Made by a program: the position numbers and the translations under genes. A stretch of DNA of 48,218 nt from an archaeon GW2011_AR19 (GTDB taxonomy: Archaea > Nanobdellota > Nanobdellia > Pacearchaeales > GW2011-AR1). Of the stretch, positions 46,365 to 48,218 are shown piece by piece (position 1 is the stretch's first letter; every line of letters starts with the position of its first letter). Location of the stretch: assembly GCA_000806015.1 (NCBI GenBank), contig JWKY01000008.1, forward strand, positions 1 to 48,218, given 5' to 3'. The notes below the pieces were generated by a model. That model searched no databases, had not been told where the DNA came from, and saw only the letters and a program-made list of their open reading frames with translations.

Positions 46365-48134
46365 TCAATAACTTCGACCCCACTCGCTATTTCCTTTTCT
46401 TTTTATCTCAGAAATTTCCTGAAGAGTCTTTATTTCGCTGGAAGAAAGCAAGTCTTTGTTTTTTTTGAAATTCCTAAAGTGGGATTCTGACATATCGCTG
46501 TAAAGATAATTTTTGTCTTTTAAAACTCTTTCAAAATTTATTCCAGGAACAGAGACTGCAATTTCCATTCCTTCTGTTGCTTCATCAATAGATTTTTTTT
46601 CATGTTGAATATTTTTCAGCCTTCCGATTTTTTCTCCTTTGTCATCAATTAAACTCAAACCTTTTTTCACTTTTCCAGCTTCAACTCTTATCCCAAAAAT
46701 TGCAGGATGAGTATTTCTAAAAACATACTGATTGAGAATTTTTATTTTAAATAAAGAAGCAAGCTCCATTAAACGCTCTTTTTCAATTTCTTTTGCTTTT
46801 TGTTTTCTGAATTCAACAGCGTCTTCAATTAATTTGTAAATAACTTCATTTGTCAAGATTTTTATTTTTTCTTTTTGCTCCTGAAATAAAAATTTAGCAT
46901 CTTCGTCAATTAAAACATTAAATCCCAAGATGACCGCATCAAGTTCATTAATTTCTAAATTTGCTTTTGCTGAAGCGATATCTGTTTTTTTTATACTTCC
47001 GATTCCTGCTTTTAAGACCGGGATTTTGTTTTGTTTTAATAAAAATAATAATGCTTCTAAACTTCCAAGAGAATCTGCTTTTACAATCACCCCTTGTTTT
47101 TCAAGTAATGAGTTTATAGATTCAGACAATTGTTTTTTAAATTTTTCTTTTAATTCCTGCAGATTATTTTTATAAATTTCAAAGGGCATTCCTGAAAGAA
47201 TTTCTTCTTTTTCTCCAGAGCTAATTAATTGTATTCTTAAACCGGTTGATGCATGAACTATTTCTTTTGGTCTGAATTTTGCGCTTAAAGGTTCAATTTC
47301 TTCCAACACTCTGATTTTTGAAATTAAAGGTTTTCCTTCAAGATTTGATAATGCTATTTGGTCTGATTTTTTAAGCTGTCCGTCGTAAAGAATTGCTTCA
47401 GCATAATTCCCGGATCTTTCTTTTTTTATTTCAAGAATTACTCCCTTTGCATTTTCTCCTAATTTTAATTTATTTACAAGATATTTCTGGCTTAAACCGC
47501 ACAGCATCATTATTAATTCAGAAATTCCCTGCTGTGTTCTTGCAGAGCATGGAATCAATGCGATTTTTTTTGTAAAATCAGTTATGTTATAATATAAATC
47601 TGATTCAAAGCCATATGAATTTAGGGAACCAATTAAAGTCATATATCTTTCATTGAAAGTATTTTGAATGTTCATTGCCTGCGATTCTATATTTTCTTTT
47701 AATCCCATTTTCAAATCTGTCCTCCAGCCGGAAATGTTATCTATTTTATTCAGCGCGATTAAAAAAGGAGTTTTGTTGTGTTTTAAAATTTGAATTACTT
47801 CTGCTGTTTGGAGTTTTATTCCTTCATTTATATCTATAACTAAAACTGCCAAGTCTGCCAAGCTTCCCCCGCGTTTTCTTAAATTTGTAAATGCTGCGTG
47901 CCCCGGAGTGTCAATTAATAAAAAACCGGGAATATCTAATTTAATTCCAGAACTTTCAATAAGCGGGCAGGTTTTTTTAAGCTGTTCTGCAGGATAACTT
48001 GTGAAAGAAATTTTTTGCGTTATTCCGCCTTTTTCAGTTTCCTGAACAGAAGTGTTTCTAAGAGAATCTAAAATTGAAGTTTTTCCGTGGTCAACATGAC
48101 CGCAAACTGTGACGATTGGCTGACGGATTGTCAT
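46365..48134 (-). CDS. infB: Translation initiation factor aIF5B (IF-2)
   Basis: IRQPIVTVCGHVDHGKT, GGITQ, DTPGHAAFTNLRKRGGSLAD, NKID. Confidence 0.96.
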   Translation of the reverse strand: MTIRQPIVTVCGHVDHGKTSILDSLRNTSVQETEKGGITQKISFTSYPAEQLKKTCPLIESSGIKLDIPGFLLIDTPGHAAFTNLRKRGGSLADLAVLVIDINEGIKLQTAEVIQILKHNKTPFLIALNKIDNISGWRTDLKMGLKENIESQAMNIQNTFNERYMTLIGSLNSYGFESDLYYNITDFTKKIALIPCSARTQQGISELIMMLCGLSQKYLVNKLKLGENAKGVILEIKKERSGNYAEAILYDGQLKKSDQIALSNLEGKPLISKIRVLEEIEPLSAKFRPKEIVHASTGLRIQLISSGEKEEILSGMPFEIYKNNLQELKEKFKKQLSESINSLLEKQGVIVKADSLGSLEALLFLLKQNKIPVLKAGIGSIKKTDIASAKANLEINELDAVILGFNVLIDEDAKFLFQEQKEKIKILTNEVIYKLIEDAVEFRKQKAKEIEKERLMELASLFKIKILNQYVFRNTHPAIFGIRVEAGKVKKGLSLIDDKGEKIGRLKNIQHEKKSIDEATEGMEIAVSVPGINFERVLKDKNYLYSDMSESHFRNFKKNKDLLSSSEIKTLQEISEIKRKGNSEWGRSY

Positions 48135-48218
48135 AAGAAATAAGAAAATAAAAGAAGTTAAAAGGCTTTTGATTTTTACTGAATACTGAAATTGCTCGCA
48201 ATAAATTGCTCGGATTTA

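Noticed and set aside
1278-47575. Numerous short antisense or overlapping ORFs in the track (e.g. 2025-2435, 31856-32233, 37086-37490, 39701-40036, 42665-43018)
   Set aside because: Shadows of well-supported genes or low-complexity sequence, with no motifs.

Overview
Very AT-rich chromosomal segment of a DPANN archaeon, Pacearchaeota/Woesearchaeota-like by inference. It carries archaeal housekeeping genes (thermosome, Kae1, L7Ae-S28e-L24e, S6e, aIF2-gamma, aIF5B), a bacterial-type gyrase (intein-containing gyrB; gyrA broken at the GyrA-box), five toxin-antitoxin modules and large Cys-rich and LamG surface proteins. The most striking unannotated signal is a set of tiny hairpin repeats with no transposase in the window. 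(1) A 27-bp element sits in-frame at five sites in four unrelated genes, always encoding S(P/L)RDD(S/T/P)(G/H/D)(E/G)P. (2) A CAGGAAxTTTT+hairpin unit sits at ATGA stop/start junctions and puts start codons inside a stem. (3) A G-U-rich covarying hairpin family nests inside an IS903-like MITE and, in-frame, inside a PolX-like gene. Also notable: a free-standing LAGLIDADG-wHTH gene next to kae1, with three successive kae1 3' ends, and a tRNA with an Ile (GAT) anticodon on a class-II body with G73. All calls come from reading the sequence by eye; no searches were run. Several frame breaks could be assembly errors.
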